Assembly (NCBI GenBank): GCA_963808625.1
Contig: CAWEHK010000054.1
Location: forward strand, 19,123 to 83,122
DNA length: 64,000 nt
Reading direction: 5' to 3'
Origin: an uncultured delta proteobacterium
GTDB lineage: Bacteria > Desulfobacterota > Syntrophobacteria > Syntrophobacterales > Syntrophobacteraceae
Part shown: positions 1-8,933 of the stretch, in pieces
Position numbering within the stretch: position 1 is the first letter of the stretch
Layout: each line of letters opens with the position of its first letter
Notes under the pieces: generated by a model
Database searches by the model: none
What the model saw: the letters and a program-made list of their open reading frames with translations, nothing else
What the model was told of the DNA's origin: nothing
Made by a program: the position numbers and the translations under genes

Positions 1-246
1 AGTTGGCGCACCCGCGATTTACGACGAAGTACTACGAACAGTTTCTCAACTGATGCACTCAGTAAAAAGGGAGATCCGCACCTTGATCCGCTAACGATTG
101 GGTCAAGCCGCCTAGCGACCGCTTGGACGAAGGTGACTTGAGAAAGGGAGGGCGGTGTGCTACGGTTATACACGCCCAAATGGGGGAACATGCGGTGAAT
201 GTGGGGATAGCAAATGTCCCGGTAATGGTTAAGGAGGTGACCCTCG

Positions 247-750
247 GTGGAAATGTCCGGAGCTGAAGCCGTCTTTGATGCGCTGAATCGCGCTGACGTG
301 GCCTATCTCGTAGTGGGCGGCCTGGCCGTCAACGCTCACGGGTATGTCCGAATGACGATGGATATCAACCTCGTCATTGCACTCAATCCGGAGAACATCA
401 TCAAGGCGCTGCATGCGCTCGAGGAAGCGTGCTTCCAGCCCGCTGTGCCTGTCACCCCGGAGCAGTTTGCCGACCCGGCCAACCGGAAGCGTTGGCGGGA
501 GGAAAAGGAGATGCGCGTCCTCAAATTGTGGAGTGGCAAGTATCGCCTTAGTCCTGTCGATATTTTCATTTATGAGCCCTTCGATTTTACTGTGGAATAT
601 GCCCGGGCACAGCGCCTTGAGTTGCGCGAAGGTTTGGGTGTGCCGATCGTGAGCCTGGAAGCCTTGCTGACAATGAAGAGGGAGGCGGGGCGGCCTCAGG
701 ATTTGGCCGACATCGATGCTTTGCTGGAGTTAGCCGATCATGGGAGATAA
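247..750 (+). CDS. Minimal nucleotidyltransferase-fold protein, TA-associated type (AbiEii/DUF6036-like)
   Basis: 167-aa ORF with AGGAGGTGA 6 nt before GTG-247. VVGGLAVNAHG...TMDINLVI fits the hGGxA...DxD NTase signature, but the second Asp is Asn. 3' end overlaps the next ORF. Confidence 0.55.
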   Translation: MEMSGAEAVFDALNRADVAYLVVGGLAVNAHGYVRMTMDINLVIALNPENIIKALHALEEACFQPAVPVTPEQFADPANRKRWREEKEMRVLKLWSGKYRLSPVDIFIYEPFDFTVEYARAQRLELREGLGVPIVSLEALLTMKREAGRPQDLADIDALLELADHGR

Positions 751-940
751 GCCTGAAAAAGAGTCCGGCGCATGGGACGCCTGCACCTGGAGGGGCGCCC
801 GCCGCGACGTGCTGGAGTTAGGCGCCCGCCTGTCCTTCCGCGAAAAGATCTTGTGGCTTGAAGAAGGCGCCAAGCTCGCCCTCGCGTTCAAAGCGGCGCG
901 CGAGCAGCGCAAGACCAACCCTCCCGATCCGCACCCGTGA
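740..940 (+). CDS. Small partner ORF of the NTase gene (hypothetical, 66 aa)
   Basis: ATG overlaps the end of the NTase ORF, suggesting translational coupling. No recognisable motif. Confidence 0.35.
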   Translation: MGDKPEKESGAWDACTWRGARRDVLELGARLSFREKILWLEEGAKLALAFKAAREQRKTNPPDPHP

Positions 941-1182
941 TTCCGTTCTCCTTCCGCGGCGCCGTGACGTCTCGGAATAACCCCCTCGGTTGAATGACCT
1001 GCACGGAGTGGCAGCTCTTCGAGGAAAGCGGGGACCAAATGGTGACCTCGTTCGGTTCCGTTGGCTTTCGTGAGATTCTCTCCATGCTCCTTTCGACCTC
1101 ACAGATACCTCTGAAATCGCGGGCGAGCAAGGACTCTGGGCCTGGATTGTTCAGGCGAGGTGTTGCCACTATTATTAAACCT

Positions 1183-1576
1183 CTATGCGTGTTGAGGTTG
1201 CAGGGCTTGCCGGACTCCTTCGGGATCGCGGGCAATCACCGTGAGATAAGCCCGGGCCGGTTGATCGGGTTCCGTCCGCCCCTGTTCCCAATCGCGCAAT
1301 GTACCAAGAGGGATGTGATAACGGGCTGCAAACTCTTGCTGTGTGAGGTTGAGCGCACGGCGCAAGGTTTTCGTGCGTGGCACACGCCGGGCTGTGCGCA
1401 ATTCTTCGTCAGTCATAGGCCGAGCGTCCGGATCAGCCGCCGCAGCCGCTCTCAATTTCTGTCTCCGTCATTGGGCGCATGAGGGTGTCGGGAAACGGGC
1501 GCTCCACGCCTTTGCCCAACACTTCAACAACCGTGCCGTCAGAACGAATTTTCGCGATAGTAGTTTTCTTGCTCAT
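1183..1576 (-). CDS. BrnA-like (DUF4415-type N-part) plus XRE-HTH antitoxin, interrupted by one frameshift near 1455
   Basis: ATG at 1576 gives MSKKTTIAKIRSDGTVVEVLGKG...MTETEIES. The frame then slips by 1 nt into the 1183..1455 ORF (AAAAADPDARPMTDEEL...LNLTQQEFAARYHIPLGTLRDWEQG, a helix-turn-helix). Overlaps the brnT 3' end. Confidence 0.5.
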
Positions 1577-1820
1577 GTTTTTCCGCCCGTCGTGCCGAGA
1601 TAATCCGAATCCGTTCGCCGCGCTCTGTGTAGGTCACATGCAGAATTACACCGTCGCACATGCCGACCAAATTAACGCGTTCCTCTCCGTAGCTCTTGCG
1701 GTCGTCAATCCATTCAACGGCAAAGTGATCGCTGAACGCTTTGACGGCCTGCTGGAAAGTGACGCCGTGGTCACTCCAGTTCATGGCCGCTTTGTTGTTA
1801 TCCCATTCAAATTCTATCAT
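1539..1820 (-). CDS. brnT: BrnT family ribonuclease toxin (DUF497)
   Basis: MIEFEWDNNKAAMNWSDHGVTFQQA...YGEERVNLVG...IRIISARRAEKHE is the typical BrnT pattern. Internal Met at 1820 chosen as start; the ORF is open to 1901. Confidence 0.75.
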   Translation of the reverse strand: MIEFEWDNNKAAMNWSDHGVTFQQAVKAFSDHFAVEWIDDRKSYGEERVNLVGMCDGVILHVTYTERGERIRIISARRAEKHEQENYYRENSF

Positions 1821-2047
1821 AGAGTACTGATTATCCGTAGTTTTGTCAACTGTCCAGTTTTTTCTTTTCCTATTACCCGGTTTTAAACCCCTTAACATCA
1901 TTTTGGCAGAAATATCCAGGCGGGGTGAATTTAATGGCTTGTGCGCATAGCGATAGCGGAGCGCACTCCGAAACCTGAGGTAAGGTCTTCACCTAACAGG
2001 ACAGAGAAAGAGAAACCCTTTTCGCCTCTGAATAGACCCCTCAAAAA

Positions 2048-2073
2048 TGTATGATAAAGGACGTTATCATACA
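2048..2073. promoter_or_regulatory. Perfect 10-bp inverted repeat, 28 nt upstream of the integrase start
   Basis: TGTATGATAA-AGGACG-TTATCATACA read directly. Candidate operator or recombinase binding site. Confidence 0.3.
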
Positions 2074-2100
2074 CTAATCTAACCGGCAGGGAGGGGCGGC

Positions 2101-3066
2101 ATGACGCAAGAGTTAATGGCAATAGGAAAAGGAATTAAGGGGGCGCTGCCGGCGCTCTTTGCCCCTGACGCCAGGGCCGCTGAGCGAACGATAGAGTTTT
2201 TCACCGCACAGATCAGAAACCCCAACACCCGGAAGGCATACGCACGCGCGACTGGTGAATTCGCCGCATGGTGCACGGAACACGGGATCACCGCGCTCGG
2301 CCAGGTGCGGCCGGTCCATGTCGCGGCTTATGTCGAGGGCCTGCAGAAGGAAATAGCGGCGCCCTCGGTTAAATTACGCCTCGCCGCGATCCGGATGCTG
2401 TTCGACTGGCTGGTCGTCGGCCAGGTGATGCCGGTCAACCCGGCGAGCTCGGTCCGGGGGCCTAAACATGTGGTCAAGAAAGGCAAGACGCCGGTGCTCT
2501 CAGTCGATGAAGCGCGGGCGTTGCTCGATGTGATCGACACCGGATCAACGGTCGGCCTGCGGGATCGCGCGCTTATCGGCATCATGGTCTATACCTTCGC
2601 CCGCGTCGGGGCTGCTATCAGGATGCGCGTCGAGGATGTGTATGTGCAGGGCCGCCGTACCTGGGTGCGCCTGCATGAGAAAGGCGGCAAGCGCCACGAG
2701 ATGCCCTGCCACCACAACCTTGACGAATACCTGCAAGCCTATATCGAGGGGGCGCAGATCGCCACGGACGCGAAAGGCTATCTATTCCGGACGGCGCTCG
2801 GCCGCACAAAGCAGCTCTCCGAACGCCCCATGTACCAGGTGGATGTTTATCGCATGATCCGCCGGCGTGCCAAGGAGGCTGAAGTACGCACGAAAATTGG
2901 CTGTCACAGCTTTCGCGCTACGGGGATCACGGAATATCTCAGGAACGGCGGCAAGCTGGAGGTGGCACAGCAAATGGCGAACCATGAATCCGCGCGCACA
3001 ACCGGCCTTTATGATCGCCGCAACGATCAGGTATCGCTCGACGAGGTTGAACGGATTCTGATTTAA
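2101..3066 (+). CDS. Tyrosine recombinase / phage-type integrase
   Basis: 321 aa. Has an N-terminal SAM-like core-binding region, then ...GLRDRALIG..., HSFRATGITEYL and HESARTTGLYDRR (R..HxxR..Y catalytic pattern). Confidence 0.85.
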   Translation: MTQELMAIGKGIKGALPALFAPDARAAERTIEFFTAQIRNPNTRKAYARATGEFAAWCTEHGITALGQVRPVHVAAYVEGLQKEIAAPSVKLRLAAIRMLFDWLVVGQVMPVNPASSVRGPKHVVKKGKTPVLSVDEARALLDVIDTGSTVGLRDRALIGIMVYTFARVGAAIRMRVEDVYVQGRRTWVRLHEKGGKRHEMPCHHNLDEYLQAYIEGAQIATDAKGYLFRTALGRTKQLSERPMYQVDVYRMIRRRAKEAEVRTKIGCHSFRATGITEYLRNGGKLEVAQQMANHESARTTGLYDRRNDQVSLDEVERILI

Positions 3067-3104
3067 GACAAATGGCCGACCCACTCATTTTCTGGAGCAG
3101 GCGC

Positions 3105-3140
3105 AAATAAGAAACCGGCCCCGAGGGCTGGTAAAAGGTT
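3105..3140. terminator. Bidirectional stem-loop between convergent integrase and TPR genes
   Basis: CCGGCCC-CGA-GGGCTGG (3115..3131), flanked by an A-run upstream and T-rich sequence downstream on both strands. Confidence 0.45.
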
Positions 3141-5996
3141 TTAAACACGGAATAACGCTGTTACTTCTTTATTCTTGCTTGTTTGGCAGCGAATAAGGTT
3201 TTTACGACAGACAACCGAATTGGGGTGCTCCGGACCGAGCGCCTTTTCAAGAATAGAAATGGCCCGCTTATATAGGAACCCGGCTTCGCCGTATTTCCCC
3301 TGTCCTTCGTAAACTAGCGCTAGGTTGTTGAAGCTGACAGCCAAATGGGGATGATCAGGCCCTACCGCCTTTTCACAGATCGCAATGGCTCGCTTGTAGA
3401 GAGGCTCGGCCTCGGTGTACCTGCTCTGGGAGCGGTAGAGCTCTGCTAAGTTGTTGAGGCTGGTAGCGACATCCGGGTGCTCCAGACCGAGCGCTTTTTC
3501 CCGAAGTGCAAGGCAACGCTTGTAGAGAGGCTCGGCGTCGATATATTTGCCCTGAGCGCTATAGCTCGCCGCCAGGTTGTTGAGGCTGGTAGCCAAATCT
3601 GGGTGCTCCGGACCGAGCAATTTTTCTAGGATTAAAAGGGAACGCTTAGAGAGGGGCTCGGCTTCGTTGTATTTGCCCTGAGCGAGGTAGAGCGCTGCCA
3701 GGTTGCTTAGGCTGGTAGCCAAATCTGGGTGCTTCGGACCAAACGCTTTTTCCCTGATCGCAAGGCAACGCTTGTAGAGAGGTTCGGCCTCGGTGTACCT
3801 GCCCTGGTGATAGTAGAGGATCGCCAAGTTGTTGATACTGATAGCCACATCCGGGTGCTCCAGACCGAGCGCTTTTTCCCGGACCGCGAAGGAACGCTTA
3901 TGGAGGGGCTCGGCCTCGGTGTACCTGCCCTGGCTGCTGTAGAGTTCTGCCAGGTTGCTGAGGCCGTTAGCCACATCCGGGTGTTCCAGACCGAGCGCTT
4001 TTTCTAGGATTAAAAGGGAACGCTTGTAGAGAAGCTCGGCGTCGATGTACCTGCCTTGGACATGGTAGAGCAGTCCCAGATTGTTGAGGCTGTTAGCCAC
4101 ATGAGGATGCTCCGGACCGAGCGCTTTTTCCCGGATCGAGAGGGAACGCTTGTAGAGAGGCTCGGCCTCAGCATACCTGCCCTGGGCACGGTAGAGCTCT
4201 GCTAAGTTGTTGAGGCTGGTAGCGACATCCGGATGCTCCGGACCGAGCGCTTCTTCCCGGATCGCAAGGCAACGCTTAAAGAGGGACTCGGCCTCGTTAT
4301 AATTGCCTTGGGCTAAGTAGCACGCTGCCAGGTTGTCGAGGCCTTGAGCCACATCCGGATGCTCCGGACCGAGCGCTTTTTCCCGGATTGAGACGGCACG
4401 CTTAGAGAGGGGCACGGCTTCGTTGTATTTGCCCTGAGCGCGATAGATCGCCGCCAGGTTGTTGAGGCTGTAGGCCAAATCCGGGTGCTCTGGACCGAGA
4501 ACTTTTCCCCGGATCGAGAGGGCACGCCTAGAGAGGGGCATGGCTTCGTTGTATCTGCCCTGAGCGAGGTAGAGCGCTGCCAGGCCGCTTAGGCTGGTAG
4601 CCAAATCAGGATGCTTCGGACCGAGTGCTTTTTCCCGAATCGAGAGGGCACGCTTAGAAGCGGTCTCGGCTTCGGTGTATTTGCCCTGGGCGCTGTAAAG
4701 CACTGCCAGGTTGCTGAGGCCGTTAGCCACATCCGGGTGCTCTGGACCGAGCGCTTCTTCTAGAATGGAGAGGGCACGCTTAGAAGCGGTCCCGGCTTCG
4801 GTGTATTTGCCCTGAGCGTGATAGATACCTGCCAAATTGTGGAGACCGATAGCTACATCGAGGTGCTCAGGACCGAGCGCTTTTTCCCGAATCGAGAGAC
4901 AACGCTTAAGGAGGGACTCAGCCTCGGTGTATTCGCCCTGGTCGAGGGACAGCACTGCCAGATTGTTGAGGCTGGTAGCGACATCCGGGTGCTCCAGACC
5001 GAGCGCTTTTTCCCGGATCGCAAGGGAACGCCTAAAGAGGGGCTCGGCCTCAGCGTATCTGCCCTGGGCGAGGTAGAGCGCTGCCAGATTGTTGAGGATG
5101 GCAGCCACATCCGGATGCTCCGGACCGAACGCTTTTTCTAGGATCGAAATGGAACGCTTATAGAGCGGTTCGGCTTCTCTATATTCCCCGGAACAGTACA
5201 ATGCTAAAGCGGTTTGATATAGCAACTCAGGAGCATCCGGCCTCAAAAGTAAAGATTTCTGATACCAACCCGTCGCGTCAGCATAGTGCCCAGCAAAAAT
5301 TTCAGTCTGGCCCCGGGCTTCATAGATTTTTGACAACTCAACTTCTTTAGTCTCTTGCGCCTGTCCTAACAGCTCTCTGGCATTCTTAAATTTCTTTTCT
5401 ACAATAGCTTTCAATGCCAATGTATACGGATCAGCATTTTCCGGTATCTGATTTGCAAATTCACGAGCTCTGGGTGAAGGCTCCCTCTGAAACCTTTCCA
5501 ATTGGCCTTGAAAAGAAGCAATCTGCACATCTCTAATTTCCAATTGCTTCCTTAATTCTTCCTCAATAATTCGCACGATTTTCCCGGTATCAGACACAGA
5601 CAACAATTCAAGTGAGTGAAGGAAATTTGAAAAAGCGTCAGGCTTTTTACCAGCTTCAGGAGCAATATCTTCAAATAAATTATTAAGCTTGAGAGCTGAT
5701 TCCCTCAGCTCGTCTATTATTACATCACGGCACAACCCAAGTTGTTTTTTTTCAGAAACGTCAACTCCAAGTCTTACCAGCTTTTGAACGTCAATCGTCT
5801 TACCTTGGGCTAACTTAAAAATCTCCCGCGCAAACTCATCTTCCATACACAGAACCAGCAGCTTATCAGAATGGCTTGTAAACGCCTCATGCACGGTCTC
5901 AGAAATTCTTTTTCTGAGCTGCTTATCCTGAATTGCATTCTTTATCCATGTAGATAAATGGCCAGTAAATGTTTTTAGAAAATCGTCTGGGATCAT
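3141..5996 (-). CDS. Large TPR-repeat protein (kinesin-light-chain-like TPR_10/TPR_12 units) with an unassigned ~260-aa N-terminal region
   Basis: 951-aa ORF. 16 consecutive 42-aa units of the form ALGPEHPDVAxSLNNLAxLYxAQGRYxEAEPLYKRSLAIREK. No NTPase, protease or nuclease motif seen in the N-terminal part. Confidence 0.85.
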   Translation of the reverse strand: MIPDDFLKTFTGHLSTWIKNAIQDKQLRKRISETVHEAFTSHSDKLLVLCMEDEFAREIFKLAQGKTIDVQKLVRLGVDVSEKKQLGLCRDVIIDELRESALKLNNLFEDIAPEAGKKPDAFSNFLHSLELLSVSDTGKIVRIIEEELRKQLEIRDVQIASFQGQLERFQREPSPRAREFANQIPENADPYTLALKAIVEKKFKNARELLGQAQETKEVELSKIYEARGQTEIFAGHYADATGWYQKSLLLRPDAPELLYQTALALYCSGEYREAEPLYKRSISILEKAFGPEHPDVAAILNNLAALYLAQGRYAEAEPLFRRSLAIREKALGLEHPDVATSLNNLAVLSLDQGEYTEAESLLKRCLSIREKALGPEHLDVAIGLHNLAGIYHAQGKYTEAGTASKRALSILEEALGPEHPDVANGLSNLAVLYSAQGKYTEAETASKRALSIREKALGPKHPDLATSLSGLAALYLAQGRYNEAMPLSRRALSIRGKVLGPEHPDLAYSLNNLAAIYRAQGKYNEAVPLSKRAVSIREKALGPEHPDVAQGLDNLAACYLAQGNYNEAESLFKRCLAIREEALGPEHPDVATSLNNLAELYRAQGRYAEAEPLYKRSLSIREKALGPEHPHVANSLNNLGLLYHVQGRYIDAELLYKRSLLILEKALGLEHPDVANGLSNLAELYSSQGRYTEAEPLHKRSFAVREKALGLEHPDVAISINNLAILYYHQGRYTEAEPLYKRCLAIREKAFGPKHPDLATSLSNLAALYLAQGKYNEAEPLSKRSLLILEKLLGPEHPDLATSLNNLAASYSAQGKYIDAEPLYKRCLALREKALGLEHPDVATSLNNLAELYRSQSRYTEAEPLYKRAIAICEKAVGPDHPHLAVSFNNLALVYEGQGKYGEAGFLYKRAISILEKALGPEHPNSVVCRKNLIRCQTSKNKEVTALFRV
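3180..5190 (-). repeat. Coding tandem array, 16 x 126 bp (TPR units)
   Basis: The same 126-bp unit recurs head to tail. Antisense ORFs in this span also show periodic peptides. Confidence 0.8.
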
Positions 5997-6029
5997 CCCA
6001 TTCCCTCTACTAAATCACTCATTGAGGTA

Positions 6030-6580
6030 TCACCGCCAAAGCCTCTCGAACCTGGCCGGATTGGCCGCCGTGTAAATAACGGTGTGCTGAATGTTCCTGT
6101 GCCCCAAGTAATCCTGAATCAACTGCGTGTCCGCGCCCTGGTCGGCCAGGGCAAATCAGCAAGCATGGCGCAGCATGTGCGGGTGGGCGGGCAGGGGCAG
6201 CCCGGCCCGCTCGCCATAATCGCGGATCGCAGCCCAAGCTCTCTTGCGGCTAAGAAGCGTGCGGCGCTCGCTTACAAAAAAAGCATCTGTTTGGAGCTTC
6301 ATTTTCGCACGGATCGCCAACCATGTCTTGATAACTTTGATTTTCATCCGCGCGGAGTGGGTGCGTGGTGGAGAGTCCTTTTTTGAGCCGCACAATGTGC
6401 AGCACGCGGCTTTCGGAGTCCACCTGGGAACGCTTGAGCCCGCACGCTTCGGAAATTCGCAAGCAGTGCCGGAACATCAAAACCAAAAGTCAGCGATCCC
6501 GAATTTCATTCCGGCTGCCCTTGGTCGCACAGATTAGCTTGTCCACCTCTATGGATTCAGCATCAGACAAGAGTCCTTAT
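6030..6580 (-). pseudogene. Dead paralogue of the FimB/FimE-like recombinase gene at 7089..7643
   Basis: Collinear with the intact copy (EVDKLI..KGSRNE.RDR, LMFRHCLRISEACGLKRSQVD, LKKGLSTTHPLRADE, HPHMLRHAC, LIQDYLGHRNIQHTVIYTA). It has TGA in place of the RDRC Cys codon, a frameshift after ADE, TGA in place of the Gly codon after HAC, and no start codon. Confidence 0.8.
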
Positions 6581-7088
6581 GTATAATCTAAAGAGTTTCC
6601 CCCTTTCCCATCTGCAGCAACTATTTTGCGCCCGCCGTGATAAGCAGTCCCGTTACTGCTTCACGTAGGTTACCATCTTCGATAATAACATTTGAGCCGA
6701 TCCACATTGAGAATCCAATGCCAAACATTACCAGTGGTTTCTTGAAGTGGCTTCGGCCTGGGCCTACATCAGACAGAATACAACAAATTGTCTAGTGTTC
6801 CTTGGAGCGAACACAGTCCTTAAACCAGACTCATTTTCACGTGTAAGCATTCTCCTCGATTTAGAAAGCGCTTGGCCATTGACCGGTTAGTACACCACGG
6901 CGACACTGGGGCTCTTCCGATTGATCAGCGAATGTCCGCGGCCAATTCTGTCTCGCCGGCAGACATCCACCTGGTGCAGACCTGCAATCTCGGCTGGCGA
7001 TGAGCTCGCTTTATGGTTTTTCAGCTGCCCCTGTCTAGAATCTCAAGCAACATATAATATTTCCACAAGCTAGAATCCCGTGGCATGT

Positions 7089-7643
7089 TCATTCTCTCCA
7101 AAGTCTCTCAAATCGGGCCGGATTGGTCGCCGTGTAAATGACGGTATGCCGGATGTCGCGGTGTCCCAGATAGTCCTGAATCAGCCGGGTGTCAGCCCCT
7201 TGATCCGCCAGGGCGAAGCCGCAACCGTGCCTGAGCTGGTGAGGGTGGGTGGGCAGGGCAAGCCCGGCCTTTTCACCATAGTTCCGGACCGCCAGCCATG
7301 CGGTCTTGCGGTTTAACGGACCACGCCGCTCACTGACAAAGAAAGCGTCCGTCTCCGGGTTCATTTTCGCACGGATTACAAGCCATGTCTTGATAACTTT
7401 GATCTCGTCGGGCCTTAGCGGGTGCGTCGTGGACAATCCCTTTTTCAGCCGCGCGACGTGCAGGACGCGGCTTTCGGTGTCCACCTGTGACAACGAAAGC
7501 CCGCAGGCCTCCGACACGCGCAAGCCATGCCGGAACATCAGCAGCAAAAGGCATCGGTCGCGGGCCTCGTTACGGCTGCCCTTGGCGGCGGCAATCAGCT
7601 TGTCAACCTCGGTGGCGGTGAGGTGTTTGCGGTCGTCTCTCAT
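7089..7643 (-). CDS. Small tyrosine recombinase, FimB/FimE-like (site-specific invertase type)
   Basis: 184 aa. Motifs: RDRCLLLLMFRHGLRVSEA, LKKGLSTTHPL, HPHQLRHGCGFALA, LIQDYLGHRDIRHTVIYT. Confidence 0.8.
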   Translation of the reverse strand: MRDDRKHLTATEVDKLIAAAKGSRNEARDRCLLLLMFRHGLRVSEACGLSLSQVDTESRVLHVARLKKGLSTTHPLRPDEIKVIKTWLVIRAKMNPETDAFFVSERRGPLNRKTAWLAVRNYGEKAGLALPTHPHQLRHGCGFALADQGADTRLIQDYLGHRDIRHTVIYTATNPARFERLWRE

Positions 7644-7963
7644 TTGGCATGCGGCCTGTGGGCGGCCACGTAAGCCTTGAGAACCGCTTGCATTCGCACA
7701 ATATGCCCTTTGCCGTGCGCTTTAAAAAAGTCGATAACGTCCTGCTCAAGCCGCAGGTGCACGGATTGCTTTGGAGCCGACAAAACCAGCTTGGCTCGCG
7801 TCCAGTCGGGCTTTAAGTCCCGCTCATCTTCATCCTCGGCAATCCGCCGTTCGAGTTCCTCATCCGTCATGGCGTCCACCTTGGTCAAATCGGTGCGGCT
7901 GTCCGCACGTTTGACTTTAAGCTCCGCCGCCGTATAGCTCTTGATATTTTTGTCTCGCTTCAT
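7640..7963 (-). CDS. brnA: BrnA family antitoxin (DUF4415)
   Basis: 107 aa. Motifs: DAMTDEELERRIAEDEDERDLKPDW...VHLRLEQDVIDFFKAHGKGHIVRMQAVL. Its stop overlaps the recombinase start. Confidence 0.7.
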   Translation of the reverse strand: MKRDKNIKSYTAAELKVKRADSRTDLTKVDAMTDEELERRIAEDEDERDLKPDWTRAKLVLSAPKQSVHLRLEQDVIDFFKAHGKGHIVRMQAVLKAYVAAHRPHAK

Positions 7964-8108
7964 GGCGCGCTCTCCGAAAGGAAATGACCCTGATAGCCTC
8001 GCTTCGGATCGTACAAACCACCGTCACGTAACGCCCTTCAAAAGTCCCTATGGCTAGAAATCGCTGTTCCTCCCCGCGGAAATTCGAAGGCACCTTATTG
8101 GGCCTCGC
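7917..8108 (-). pseudogene. brnT: 5'-truncated brnT remnant
   Basis: NFRGEEQRFLAIGTFEGRYVTVVCTIRSEAIRVISFRRARHEARQKY aligns with the C-terminal half of the BrnT at 1539..1820. The N-terminal ~40 codons are missing. The remnant starts right after the abiEii stop, in the same frame. Confidence 0.65.
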
Positions 8109-8933
8109 TTAAGGGCTTGGCGGATTCTTTTTGTAGTACTCGAACATGGCCACCGAGATTTCCGTGCTCGTCGGCCAGTGGCCGCGTCGTTGCCCGGCAT
8201 GGGTTGTGTAATCCTCCAGGTGGTCGGGGTCGGGCTGCACCACCTTACCGTCTTTCAGGAACAACAAACCGATTTTTTCCGTCGGCATGCGCATAACAAA
8301 GGCTTCGGCTTCGTCCAAAGCCTGCCGAAACTGTGTCATGGTCACGGCGGGATCTATGGGCGGGTCGCTTGCCACGCGGCGAAAATCGGCTTCCGTGTAC
8401 CGCGCAAGGCGGCGGACTTCGTTAATAAGGCCTTCGGGCGTAAATCCCAAGGACTTGCCGACAGCTGCCCAGATGACGGCGCCCAAAGGCAATACGTGCT
8501 CGTGGATCATCACCAGGTCGACTGCGTCGCGCGGTTCCCGCCGTCCGGCTGCCGCCATGATCTTGCTGGTGGCAAGGTCGATCGGGTGCAGCACGTAACC
8601 AAAAAGCTCGCTGCGCTGCACCGGAAAAAAGCGAAAATCGCTATCGAAGACCCATTCGAGTTTTGTTGACTCGTCACCGCGCCGGATAAGAACGGAATAG
8701 AAGTTGAGTTCGCGCCGAAGCCATTGCAGGGTAAATCCTTGTGCCTGCAGGACTGCGCTATCCTCTTCGGCGGCACGTGCAACGCGTTCCTCTCGATCAT
8801 GGAAAAAATCAATATCGCCGGAAAACCGTGGGGCATTCCAGTTCAAGGGTGTGCTTCCGGCGACATAGCTTTCCGGATCGCGGTGCGATGCCAGCAAGCG
8901 CAGAATGTCTGATTGAAGTCTAGACAGCGGCAC
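8109..8933 (-). CDS. Nucleotidyltransferase AbiEii/AbiGii-family toxin
   Basis: 274 aa. SDILRLLASHRDPESYVAGSTPL...SGDIDFFHD matches the NTase core typical of this family. Confidence 0.65.
   Translation of the reverse strand: MPLSRLQSDILRLLASHRDPESYVAGSTPLNWNAPRFSGDIDFFHDREERVARAAEEDSAVLQAQGFTLQWLRRELNFYSVLIRRGDESTKLEWVFDSDFRFFPVQRSELFGYVLHPIDLATSKIMAAAGRREPRDAVDLVMIHEHVLPLGAVIWAAVGKSLGFTPEGLINEVRRLARYTEADFRRVASDPPIDPAVTMTQFRQALDEAEAFVMRMPTEKIGLLFLKDGKVVQPDPDHLEDYTTHAGQRRGHWPTSTEISVAMFEYYKKNPPSP

Noticed and set aside
994-1482. 162-aa plus-strand ORF
   Set aside because: It is antisense to the HTH antitoxin frame, has no motif, and overlaps it almost completely.
1900-2100. tRNA gene or att site next to the integrase
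   Set aside because: No cloverleaf-compatible sequence or T-loop (GGTTCGAATCC-like) motif was found here or elsewhere in the window. Only a 10-bp inverted repeat is present.
6580-7089. Invertible fimS-like switch between the two fimB/E-like genes
   Set aside because: The arrangement is suggestive, but I could find only short (5-7 bp) local hairpins and a direct CTAGAATC repeat. No flanking inverted repeats of the 9-bp or longer type needed for inversion were found. The idea is left as a hypothesis under the island finding.
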